Part shown: piece by piece, positions 18,353 through 27,676 of the stretch | How positions within the stretch are numbered: the first letter of the stretch is position 1 | Layout of the letters: the number at the start of each line of letters is the position of its first letter | From: an uncultured Bacilli bacterium | GTDB taxonomy: Bacteria > Bacillota_I > Bacilli_A > RF39 > UBA660 | DNA: 64,000 bases | NCBI GenBank assembly: GCA_944359055.1 | Contig: CALVSO010000001.1 | Span: 37,460-101,459 of the forward strand | Reading direction: 5' to 3' | Made by a program: the position numbers and the translations under genes | Notes under the pieces: generated by a model | Seen by the model: the letters and a program-made list of their open reading frames with translations, nothing else | Databases searched by the model: none | What the model was told of the DNA's origin: nothing

Positions 18353-19813
18353 TTGAAAAATGAAAATATAAAAAATGAAGTAATTTCTTCCTTAATTTGG
18401 AAATTTTTAGAGCGTATTGGAACTCAAGGTGTTCAATTTATTGTTTCAATCATATTAGCAAGATTATTACTTCCAAGTGATTATGGAGTAGTATCTATGA
18501 TATTGGTTTTTACAGCAATTGCTAATGTTTTTATTCAAACAGGATTTAGTACATCATTGATTCAAAAAAAAGATTCTGATGAATTGGATTTTTCATCAGT
18601 ATTCTATATTAGCTTATTGATTGCAGCAATTTGTTATGTGATATTGTTTTTTGCAGCACCTATTATAGCTAGTTTTTATAATATGCCTGCTATTACTTCG
18701 ATATTAAGAGTTATATCATTGACATTATTTTTTGGAGCAATTAATTCGGTTCAAAATGCAAAAATTGCTAAAGAAATGAAATTTAAAAAATTATTTTTAA
18801 GTGGTTTAGTGGCTATTTTAATATCTGGGACTACAGGTGTCTTAATGGCATATAAAGGATTTGGACCATGGGCGCTAGTAGGTCAACAAATTGCTAATTC
18901 TATAGCAACAACTATTATTCTATGGTTTACTTCTGGTTGGCAGCCAAAGTTAATGTTTTCAATTAATAGGGTAAAGTCATTGTTATCTTATGGCTGGAAA
19001 ATATTATGTTCAGCTCTTTTAGATACTATTTATCAAAATATTTATAATTTAGTTATTGGTAAATTTTATAGTAGTAGTACTTTAGGTAATTATAATAAAG
19101 GTGAACAATTTCCTAAATTAATTGCGGTTAATGTTGATGGTGCAATAAGTTCAGTAATGTTACCAGCCTATTCAAAACAACAAGATAGAAAAGACAAATT
19201 AAAGAAAATGGTTAGAAGATCTATAGTAACAAGTTCGTTGTTGTTATTTCCTATGATGTTTGGATTGGCGGCTGTGGCAGAAACTGTTGTTAAAGTACTG
19301 CTAACAGAAAATTGGTTAGGGTGTGTTCCGTTCATGCAATTATTATGTATTGTATATGCTTTATATCCTATTAATACTGCAAATCTACAGGTAATAAAAG
19401 CATTAGGAAAAAGTGATTATTTTTTAAAACTAGAAATAATTAAAAAAATTATTGGTTTAATTGTTTTAATAGTAACTTTACCATTTGGTGTTCTTCAAAT
19501 GGCTATTGGACAAGTATTAGTAGCTATTTTATCAACTTTTATAAATGCTTTCCCTAATCGCAAGTTATTAAATTATAATTACTTTGAACAAATAAAAGAT
19601 TTGTTTCCAAGCTTAATTATTTCAATTATAATGTTTATAATTGTATATTCATTTAATTTTATTAATTTAAATATGTATATTTTATTAATCATTCAAATAT
19701 TAGTTGGAGTGATTATATATTTTGGATTGGCTTATATTTTCAAATTGGAATCATTAAATTATATGATAGAAATATTAAAATCGTTTTTAAAAAAGAAAGA
19801 GGCGTTAAAATGA
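18353..19813 (+). CDS. wzx: Wzx-type polysaccharide flippase (MOP/PST family)
   Basis: 486 aa with about 12-14 TM helices and a PST-family profile. TTG start follows RBS TGAGGTGA. Confidence 0.85.
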   Translation: MKNENIKNEVISSLIWKFLERIGTQGVQFIVSIILARLLLPSDYGVVSMILVFTAIANVFIQTGFSTSLIQKKDSDELDFSSVFYISLLIAAICYVILFFAAPIIASFYNMPAITSILRVISLTLFFGAINSVQNAKIAKEMKFKKLFLSGLVAILISGTTGVLMAYKGFGPWALVGQQIANSIATTIILWFTSGWQPKLMFSINRVKSLLSYGWKILCSALLDTIYQNIYNLVIGKFYSSSTLGNYNKGEQFPKLIAVNVDGAISSVMLPAYSKQQDRKDKLKKMVRRSIVTSSLLLFPMMFGLAAVAETVVKVLLTENWLGCVPFMQLLCIVYALYPINTANLQVIKALGKSDYFLKLEIIKKIIGLIVLIVTLPFGVLQMAIGQVLVAILSTFINAFPNRKLLNYNYFEQIKDLFPSLIISIIMFIIVYSFNFINLNMYILLIIQILVGVIIYFGLAYIFKLESLNYMIEILKSFLKKKEALK

Positions 19814-20553
19814 AATTAGGAATAATGCAACCATACTTTTTTCCATATTTAGGTTATTTTAGTTTAATAAAAAATACTGATGAATTTATATTATTTGATT
19901 CTGTACAATTTATAAAACATGGTTGGATTGAAAGAAATAGAATATTGAAACAAGGAGGAGATTGGCAATATGTTGCAGTTCCTTTAGAAAAACATTCTTT
20001 AGATACAAAAATTATGGATATTAAGATTAGAAATAGTGAAGATTGGAAAAATAAAATTTTAAGCCAATTAACTCAATATAAAAGAAAAGCTCCATATTAT
20101 AATCAAACAATAGAAGTTGTAAAAAAAGCTTTAGATATTGATACTGATAGTATTGTAGTTTTAAATAAACATATTTTAGAAGTAGTATGTGAATATTTAG
20201 GATTTTGTCCTAATATTAAGATTTTCTCAGAAATGAATTTAAAAATAGAAGAGGCAAAAGCGCCTGACGAATGGGCTTTAAATATTTGTGTTGCTATGGG
20301 TAATGTAAATGAATATTGGAATCCTCCAGGAGGAATTAGTTTTTTCGATAAAACAAAATATGATAAAAAGAATATCGAATTAAAATTTCAATCTATTAAT
20401 TTACAACCTTATGTTCAAAGAATTGGTTATTTTGAACCAGGATTATCTATAATTGATGTTATGATGTTTAATCAACCAAGTGATATATTAAAATTTTTAG
20501 ATGATTATAAATTTATAGAACCTGAAGTGGAGAAAACTATATGCAAGAAATAG
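19810..20553 (+). CDS. WbqC-like family protein
   Basis: N-terminus MKLGIMQPYFFPYLGYFSLI is the signature start of the WbqC-like family. Its start overlaps the wzx stop by 4 nt. Confidence 0.7.
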   Translation: MKLGIMQPYFFPYLGYFSLIKNTDEFILFDSVQFIKHGWIERNRILKQGGDWQYVAVPLEKHSLDTKIMDIKIRNSEDWKNKILSQLTQYKRKAPYYNQTIEVVKKALDIDTDSIVVLNKHILEVVCEYLGFCPNIKIFSEMNLKIEEAKAPDEWALNICVAMGNVNEYWNPPGGISFFDKTKYDKKNIELKFQSINLQPYVQRIGYFEPGLSIIDVMMFNQPSDILKFLDDYKFIEPEVEKTICKK

Positions 20554-21488
20554 GTGGATATATTGAATTTGGTGGTTTAATTAATAAGCCTTATCATAAA
20601 AATTGTCTTGATTTTAATAGTTCAAGAAATGCATTAAAGTATTTTATAAGATTTAATAAAATTAAAAAAATTTATTTACCAATTTATTTGTGTGAAGTGG
20701 TTTATAGAGCTTGTGTAGATGAAAAATGTGATATTGTTTTATACCATATCGATAAAGATTTTATGCCTATACTTGATGATTATGATGGCTACTCATATAT
20801 TTATTTAGTTAATTATTATGGATTGATTTCAAATGATAAAATAAAAAAGATGATGAATAAATATAAAAATTTAATAGTAGATAATACTCATTCTTTTTTT
20901 CAAAAGCCAGTAACAAATTCTATATATAATTGCAGAAAATATTTTGGAGTTGCTGACGGAGCATATTTATATAGTAACATTAAAAAAAATGATGAAATAG
21001 AACCCTATGTTGTTAATGATAAAATAGGACATTTAATAGGACGATTAGAAGAAAATGCAGCCACTTATTATACTGAATTTTCTAATAACGATAAAAAATT
21101 TGATAAAGGTAATATTTATAAAATGTCAAATTTTTCTAAGATTATAATGGGAGCTATTGATTATAAAAGTTCTTATAAAATAAGAATAGATAATTTTAAT
21201 TATTTAAATGAAAAATTAAAAAAGTTTCAGAAATTATCTTTACCTAATAATTTAACTTTTATGTATCCTTTATATGTTGATGAAGGAAAAAAAGTAAGAG
21301 ATTATTTAATTTCTAAAAAAATATATATACCTAAATTGTGGCCTAATATTGTTGAAGAAAACAATTTAAGTAAAATAGAATTAGAATATATAAATAATAT
21401 TTTGCCATTGCCAATTGATCAACGATATTCTAAAGAAGATATGGACTTTATTATAAGTAGTTTGGAGGAAATTTGTGAAGAAGTATAA
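20541..21488 (+). CDS. Hypothetical protein, possibly a degenerate PLP-fold (DegT-like) protein
   Basis: It is translationally coupled (13-nt overlap) within the sugar-modification module. There is weak resemblance to the DegT N-terminal region (NSSRNALKYFIRFNKIKKIYLPIYLCEVV), but no clear catalytic-Lys motif. Confidence 0.35.
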   Translation: MQEIGGYIEFGGLINKPYHKNCLDFNSSRNALKYFIRFNKIKKIYLPIYLCEVVYRACVDEKCDIVLYHIDKDFMPILDDYDGYSYIYLVNYYGLISNDKIKKMMNKYKNLIVDNTHSFFQKPVTNSIYNCRKYFGVADGAYLYSNIKKNDEIEPYVVNDKIGHLIGRLEENAATYYTEFSNNDKKFDKGNIYKMSNFSKIIMGAIDYKSSYKIRIDNFNYLNEKLKKFQKLSLPNNLTFMYPLYVDEGKKVRDYLISKKIYIPKLWPNIVEENNLSKIELEYINNILPLPIDQRYSKEDMDFIISSLEEICEEV

Positions 21489-22770
21489 TGTATTAATTTT
21501 TCCAGCAGGTGGAGAAAATGCTATAAATATTCATGATTCGTTAAAATATAATATTCATTTTAATTTATTTGGAGCTTCTTCTTTAGTTGATTATGGTAAA
21601 GAATTATATCCTAAATCTAATTATTGTATTGAAAATTTATATATATCTGATGAGAATTTTATAAATCGTTTTAATTGTTTAATTAATAAATTTCAAATAG
21701 ATTTGATAATTCCAACTCATGATACTATAGCATTATTTTTAATGGAAAATGAAAAAAACATAAATGCCAAAATAGTTTGCTCTCCACTTGAAACCACAAG
21801 AATTGCTCATAGTAAGAAATTGATTTTTGATAATTTAAAAAATAAATTTTATTGTCCAAAAATTTATAATAATATTGATGAAGTTAAAGATTATCCTGTT
21901 TTTTTAAAGCCAAATATTGGAGCTGGAGGAAAAGGAACATATTTAGCTAAAGATTATGAAGAACTATCTTTAAAACTAAGCTCAAATAATGATTTAGTAA
22001 TATGTGAAAATTTACCTGGTGATGAAATTACAGTAGATTGTTTCACTAATTTTAAAAGACAATTATTATTTGTTGGCCCAAGAACAAGAAAAAGAATTAC
22101 TATGGGAATTTCTTTTGAATCAAAAACAATTCCTCTTTCTGAAGAAATAGAAAAAATAGCTATAGATTTAAACAATACATTTGTATTTAGAGGAGCTTGG
22201 TTTTTTCAGTTAAAGAGAGATATTAATGGAAAATATAAATTAATGGAATTTTCTGTTAGACAAGCAGGGACAATGGCCTTGTATCGTACGTTAGGAATCA
22301 ATTTCGCACTTTTATCATTGTTTGATGCATTAGAATTAGATACAAATATTTTATATAATAAATATGATTTAACTTTAAGTAGACGTTTAAAAAATTCTTA
22401 TAATTTAAATTTTTCTTATGATAATATTTATATTGATTTTGATGATACTTTAATTATAAATAATAAAGTTAATTCAAAAGCTATGGCTTTTATTTATCAA
22501 TGTTTAAATAAAAATAAAAAAATTTATTTAATATCAAAGCATAGTACTAATATTTATGATTCATTAAAAAAATATAAAATAGATAAGTCAATTTTTGATG
22601 AAATAATAATTATAAATGAATTAGATAGTAAATCAGATTTTATTAAACATAAAAAAGCTATATTTATTGATAATTATTATAAAGAAAGAAAAGAAGTTTT
22701 TGAAAAAAAACATATTCCTGTATTTGATGTTGATGTGATAGAAAATTTGATTGATTATTCTGATATTTAA
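21475..22770 (+). CDS. ATP-grasp domain protein fused to a C-terminal HAD-like hydrolase domain
   Basis: ATP-grasp core YPVFLKPNIGAGGKGTYLAKDYEEL...ITVDCF...WFFQLKRDINGKYKLMEFSVRQAG. HAD motif I IYIDFDDTLI is in the C-terminal third. Confidence 0.65.
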   Translation: MKKYNVLIFPAGGENAINIHDSLKYNIHFNLFGASSLVDYGKELYPKSNYCIENLYISDENFINRFNCLINKFQIDLIIPTHDTIALFLMENEKNINAKIVCSPLETTRIAHSKKLIFDNLKNKFYCPKIYNNIDEVKDYPVFLKPNIGAGGKGTYLAKDYEELSLKLSSNNDLVICENLPGDEITVDCFTNFKRQLLFVGPRTRKRITMGISFESKTIPLSEEIEKIAIDLNNTFVFRGAWFFQLKRDINGKYKLMEFSVRQAGTMALYRTLGINFALLSLFDALELDTNILYNKYDLTLSRRLKNSYNLNFSYDNIYIDFDDTLIINNKVNSKAMAFIYQCLNKNKKIYLISKHSTNIYDSLKKYKIDKSIFDEIIIINELDSKSDFIKHKKAIFIDNYYKERKEVFEKKHIPVFDVDVIENLIDYSDI

Positions 22771-22783
22771 GGAGTGACTAAAT

Positions 22784-23881
22784 TTGAATAAAATTAATGT
22801 AACAAGATCTTCAATGCCAACATTTGAAGAATATATAAATGAAATAAAACCACTTTGGGATTCAAGATGGCTAACTAATTGTGGAATTTTGCACAATGAA
22901 TTAGAAGAACAATTAGAAAAATATTTAAATGTTAAAAATGTTTCTTTATTTAATAATGGACATTTAGCACTATATACTGCTATTAATAGTTTAGATTTAA
23001 AAGGAGAAGTTATAACAACACCATTTACTTTTGTTTCTACAACTAATGCAATTGTTCAAAATAATTTAAAACCTGTTTTTTGTGATATTAATGAAGAAGA
23101 TTATACAATTGATGTAGATAAAATTGAACAACTGATAACTGATAAGACAAGTGCTATAGTGGCAGTTCATGTTTATGGTAATGTTTGTAATGTAGATAAA
23201 ATAGAAAAAATTGCAAAAAAACATAATTTAAAAGTAATATATGATGCTGCACATGCATTTGGTGTTGAGTATAATGGAAAAACTATTGGCAATTATGGTG
23301 ATATATCAATGATGAGCTTTCATGCTACAAAAGTTTTTCATACTATAGAAGGTGGAGCATTATTATACAATTCAAATATAAAAGAAAAAATAAAAAGTTT
23401 AAGAAATTTTGGTATTATAAATCAAGAGGAATGTGAATATATAGGGATGAATACCAAAATGAGTGAATTTCATGCAGCTATGGGAATATGTAATTTGAGA
23501 CATATTGATGAAGAAATATTAAAAAGAAAAAAAATAGTTGAAAGATATCAAGAAAAATTAAAAGATATTCCAGGAATAAAATGTTGGCAAAAGCAAAAAA
23601 ATGTAAAAGCTAATTATATTTATTTTCCTATTTATATTGATGAAAAAAAATATGGAATATCAAGAGATTTATTATTCGAAAAATTAAAAGAAAAAGGAAT
23701 AATTGCTAGAAAATATTTTTATCCGTTAGTAACAGATTTTAAATGTTACAAAAATTATGCTTCAAATACGCCAATTGCTAAAAAAATAGCTAATGGTATT
23801 TTAACTTTACCCTTGTATTCAGATTTAAATTTTGATCAAGTTGATTATATTTGTGATATAATAAAGATGAAAGGAAAGTAG
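22784..23881 (+). CDS. DegT/DnrJ/EryC1/StrS-family PLP-dependent sugar aminotransferase
   Basis: Conserved SFHATKVFHTIEGGALL (PLP-lysine region) and the N-terminal layout. TTG start 9 nt after AAGGAG. Confidence 0.85.
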   Translation: MNKINVTRSSMPTFEEYINEIKPLWDSRWLTNCGILHNELEEQLEKYLNVKNVSLFNNGHLALYTAINSLDLKGEVITTPFTFVSTTNAIVQNNLKPVFCDINEEDYTIDVDKIEQLITDKTSAIVAVHVYGNVCNVDKIEKIAKKHNLKVIYDAAHAFGVEYNGKTIGNYGDISMMSFHATKVFHTIEGGALLYNSNIKEKIKSLRNFGIINQEECEYIGMNTKMSEFHAAMGICNLRHIDEEILKRKKIVERYQEKLKDIPGIKCWQKQKNVKANYIYFPIYIDEKKYGISRDLLFEKLKEKGIIARKYFYPLVTDFKCYKNYASNTPIAKKIANGILTLPLYSDLNFDQVDYICDIIKMKGK

Positions 23882-23883
23882 TT

Positions 23884-24750
23884 ATGAAAGGAATAATTTT
23901 AGCTGGTGGTAAAGGAACTAGGTTATACCCAATGACTAAATCAGTTTCTAAACAACTTTTGCCACTTTATGATAAACCAATGATATATTATCCATTATCA
24001 GTATTGCTTTTAGCAGAAATAAAAGAAATATTGATTATATCTACGCCTGACGATATTGATGATTATAAAAAACTTTTAGGTGATGGATCAAATATTGGAG
24101 TTAAATTTACTTATGCTATTCAAGAAAAACCAAAAGGTTTAGCAGATGCTTTTATAATTGGAGAAAAATTTATTGGTAAAGATAATGTATGTTTAATTTT
24201 AGGTGATAATATTTTTTATGGAAGTAATCTTTCAGAAATTTTAGCTAATGCTCAAAAAAACAAAGGTGCTACTATTTTTGCTTGTACTGTTAAAGATCCA
24301 AAATCTTTTGGTGTTATAGAATTAGATAAAAATAGAAATATTATTTCAATTGAAGAAAAACCACAAAATCCTAAATCTAATTTAGCGATTCCAGGTTTAT
24401 ATTTTTATGATAATACTGTTATTGAAAAAGCTAAAAATGTAAAACCTTCCCCAAGAGGTGAAATAGAAATTACTGCAATTAATGAAGCTTATTTAAAAGA
24501 AAATAATCTTAATGTGAGCATGATGGGAAGAGGAATAGCATGGTTAGATACTGGAACACCTCAAAATTTGTTAAAAGCAGCTGAATTTGTTGAAGCTATT
24601 CAATCGAGACAAGGATATTATATTTCTTGCATTGAAGAAATAGCTTGGAGAAAAAAATTTATTTCAAATGAAAAATTAAAAGAAATAGGTGAACAATTAA
24701 AAATGACAGATTATGGTAAATATCTATTATCTTTATTAGAGGAGGAGTAG
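23884..24750 (+). CDS. rmlA: Glucose-1-phosphate thymidylyltransferase
   Basis: MKGIILAGGKGTRLYPMT...GLADAF...GDNIFYG are canonical RmlA motifs. Confidence 0.9.
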   Translation: MKGIILAGGKGTRLYPMTKSVSKQLLPLYDKPMIYYPLSVLLLAEIKEILIISTPDDIDDYKKLLGDGSNIGVKFTYAIQEKPKGLADAFIIGEKFIGKDNVCLILGDNIFYGSNLSEILANAQKNKGATIFACTVKDPKSFGVIELDKNRNIISIEEKPQNPKSNLAIPGLYFYDNTVIEKAKNVKPSPRGEIEITAINEAYLKENNLNVSMMGRGIAWLDTGTPQNLLKAAEFVEAIQSRQGYYISCIEEIAWRKKFISNEKLKEIGEQLKMTDYGKYLLSLLEEE

Positions 24751-24751
24751 T

Positions 24752-25762
24752 ATGAAAGTATTAGTAACAGGAGGAGCTGGATTTATTGGTAGCAATTTTT
24801 TACACTATATGGTAAATAAGTATCCAGAATATTATTTCGTATGTTATGATGCATTAACTTATGCAGGAAACTATGAAAATTTATCTTATATATTGGATAA
24901 AACTAATTTTGAATTTGTAAAAGGTGATATAACTAACAAAGAGGAAGTAGAAAAATTATTTCAAGAAAACAATTTTGATTGGGTAATTAATTTTGCTGCT
25001 GAAAGCCATGTGGATAATTCTATTAAAAATCCAAGTGTCTTTTTGAAAACAAATATTATAGGTACCCAGATTTTAATGGATGCTTCTAGAAAATATGGAA
25101 TTAAAAGGTATCACCAAATATCTACTGATGAAGTTTATGGAGATTTACCTTTAGATAAAAAAGAATTGAAATTTAAAGAAACAACACCTATTAAGACATC
25201 TAGTCCTTATTCAGCTTCTAAAGCTTCAGCTGATTTATTGGTTTTGGCATATATAAGAACTTATGGTTTCCCAGCAACAATTTCAAGATGTTCAAATAAT
25301 TATGGGCCATATCAATTTCCAGAAAAATTAATTCCTGTAGTAATAAGCAAAGCTTTAAAAAATGAAAATATTCCAGTTTATGGTAACGGATTAAATGTTA
25401 GGGATTGGATATATGTTAAAGATCATAATATAGCAGTAGATTTAATTATGCATAAAGGAAAAATTGGTGAAGTTTATAATATAGGCGGAAATAGTGAAAA
25501 GTCTAATATTGATTTAGTTAAAATAATTTTAAAAGAGTTAAATAAATCGGAAGAATTAATTACATTTGTAAAAGATAGAGCTGGTCATGATATGAGATAT
25601 GCTATTGATTCTTCAAAAATAGAAAAAGAATTAGGCTGGAAAAGAACTGTTAACTTTGAAGAAGGTATTGTTAAAACTATTAAATGGTATTTAGATAATC
25701 AAGTATGGATAAACAATATTGAAAATGGTTCATATAAAGATTTTTATAAGGAGGTAAAATAA
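24752..25762 (+). CDS. rmlB: dTDP-glucose 4,6-dehydratase
   Basis: VTGGAGFIGSNF...YSASKASADLLV (Y-x3-K). RmlB-like length and order after rmlA. Confidence 0.9.
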   Translation: MKVLVTGGAGFIGSNFLHYMVNKYPEYYFVCYDALTYAGNYENLSYILDKTNFEFVKGDITNKEEVEKLFQENNFDWVINFAAESHVDNSIKNPSVFLKTNIIGTQILMDASRKYGIKRYHQISTDEVYGDLPLDKKELKFKETTPIKTSSPYSASKASADLLVLAYIRTYGFPATISRCSNNYGPYQFPEKLIPVVISKALKNENIPVYGNGLNVRDWIYVKDHNIAVDLIMHKGKIGEVYNIGGNSEKSNIDLVKIILKELNKSEELITFVKDRAGHDMRYAIDSSKIEKELGWKRTVNFEEGIVKTIKWYLDNQVWINNIENGSYKDFYKEVK

Positions 25763-25763
25763 T

Positions 25764-27086
25764 ATGAAAATAGCAGTAGCAGGTACAGGATATGTAGGTT
25801 TAGTCACAGGAGTTGCTTTAGCACATATTGGCCATAATGTTAAGTGTGTTGATGTAGATGAAAAGAAAATTGAATTGATGAAAAGTGGTAAAAGTCCGAT
25901 ATATGAAAAAGATTTAGAAGAATTAATGTTAAAAAACAAAAAAAGATTAGATTATACGACAGATTATAAAGAAGCATATAAAGATGCAGAAATAATAATT
26001 ATTGGTGTTGGAACACCAGAAAGAGCAGACGGCTCAGCTAATTTAGATTATGTATATAGTGTATGTGAGCAAATAGCTGAAGTTTTAGAAAATGATTGTG
26101 TGGTTGTTGTAAAATCAACTGTCCCAATTGGAACTAATGATAATGTTGAAAAATATTTAAAGGAACATGTTAAAAACAATTTAAATATCTATGTTGCAAG
26201 CAATCCAGAGTTCTTAGCTCAAGGAACTGCGGTTAGAGATACATTATATGCTTCTAGAATAGTTATTGGTACAGAAGATGATAAAGCAAAAGAAATACTA
26301 ACAAAAATGTATGAACCATTGACAAAAGATCCATATAATGTACCATTTTTAGCTACAAATAGAAGAAGTGCTGAAATGATAAAATATGCGTCTAATGATT
26401 TTTTAGCTTTAAAAATTTCTTATGTTAATGAAATTGCAAATTTATGTGAAAAATTAGGCGCTAATATAGAAGACGTTACTAAAGGTATGGGTTTAGATAG
26501 TAGAATAGGTAATAAATTTTTAAATGCCGGAATTGGTTATGGAGGAAGTTGTTTCCCAAAAGATACAAAAGCTTTACATTGGCTAAGTGTTAGTGAAGGT
26601 GTTGAGTTAAAAACAGTAAAGGCATGTATTGAAGTTAATAAGGCTCAAAAAATTAAATTATATGAAAAATTACATAATGATATTCCTGATTTAAAAGGTA
26701 AAACAATAGCAGTTTTGGGATTAACATTTAAACCTGGAACAGATGATCTTCGTGAAGCACCTTCAATAGATAACATTGAATTATTGCTTGATGCTGGGGC
26801 TAATATAAAAGCATATGACCCAGTAGGAATTGAAAATTTTAAAAAGAAAATAGCTTATAAACTAGAACAAGATGGAATAACTGGTACTATAAATTATTTT
26901 AATAATATAGATGATGCTATTGAAAATGCAGATGCTACTTTAATAATGACAGAGTGGTCTGACATAAAAAATTATGATATTAATAAATATAAAAAATTAA
27001 TGAAAAATCCTTTAATCTATGATGGAAGAAATTGTTATTCTTTAAGTGCTATGAATGGACTTACATATAAATCAATTGGTAGATAA
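25764..27086 (+). CDS. ugd: UDP-glucose 6-dehydrogenase
   Basis: MKIAVAGTGYVGLV...GYGGSCFPKDTKAL (catalytic Cys) ...LGLTFKPGTDDLREAPS. Confidence 0.9.
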   Translation: MKIAVAGTGYVGLVTGVALAHIGHNVKCVDVDEKKIELMKSGKSPIYEKDLEELMLKNKKRLDYTTDYKEAYKDAEIIIIGVGTPERADGSANLDYVYSVCEQIAEVLENDCVVVVKSTVPIGTNDNVEKYLKEHVKNNLNIYVASNPEFLAQGTAVRDTLYASRIVIGTEDDKAKEILTKMYEPLTKDPYNVPFLATNRRSAEMIKYASNDFLALKISYVNEIANLCEKLGANIEDVTKGMGLDSRIGNKFLNAGIGYGGSCFPKDTKALHWLSVSEGVELKTVKACIEVNKAQKIKLYEKLHNDIPDLKGKTIAVLGLTFKPGTDDLREAPSIDNIELLLDAGANIKAYDPVGIENFKKKIAYKLEQDGITGTINYFNNIDDAIENADATLIMTEWSDIKNYDINKYKKLMKNPLIYDGRNCYSLSAMNGLTYKSIGR

Positions 27087-27114
27087 TTTTTAAAAATATT
27101 ATAGAAAATGTACT

Positions 27115-27148
27115 AAAAATCAATAATTGTAAAAATTATTGATTTTTA
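27115..27148 (+). terminator. Rho-independent terminator ending the polysaccharide operon
   Basis: Perfect 13-bp stem AAAATCAATAATT-gtaaa-AATTATTGATTTT followed by T/A-rich sequence. Confidence 0.7.
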
Positions 27149-27186
27149 TATTGGATATATGATATACTACAATTGAGGTTATTAGT

Positions 27187-27426
27187 ATGATTTACAAAAA
27201 CTATTTGAAAAGGTTGTTTGATTTATTATTTTCTCTTTTATTAATTTTTTTGTTATGGCCTTTATTTTTATTAATTTATTTAATAATTTTGATATTTGAT
27301 GGCAGACCGGTTTTATATAAACAACTTAGAACAGGAAAAGATGGTGAAGATTTTTTTGTGTATAAATATAGAACGATGAATAATGTTTTAAAAGAGAAAG
27401 AAATTTTGGAAATATTATTATACTAA
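27187..27426 (+). pseudogene. Truncated remnant (first ~65 codons) of a polyprenyl-phosphate sugar phosphotransferase (WbaP/CpsE/WcaJ 'bacterial sugar transferase' family)
   Basis: YLKRLFDLLFSLLLIFLLWPLFLLIYLIILIFDGRPVLYKQLRTGKDGEDFFVYKYRTM is the diagnostic start of the bacterial sugar-transferase catalytic domain. The ORF stops 15 codons later. No continuation is recognisable in any frame, so the rest appears deleted. Confidence 0.7.
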
Positions 27427-27676
27427 AGGGTATGATTATGTTTTAAAAAAATATACACCTCTTGGAGAAAAATATATTATTAAAAATAAAATTAAGAAAA
27501 ATGTTTCTAAATTAATACCTATTAGATTAAAAAATAAAATAAAAAATATACTAAAATAATTACCATATTTTCCCATTAATCTAACACATATTTTCTATAT
27601 TTATGCTTTATAATGAATATAGAAATGAGGTGAGATTATAAACATTAAAATAATTGGAACTAATTGTAGTAATGGT

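Noticed and set aside
20541-21488. Calling the 315-aa protein a second DegT aminotransferase
   Set aside because: Only vague N-terminal resemblance was seen. No PLP-lysine motif (e.g. SFHxxK) could be located, so it is left as hypothetical.
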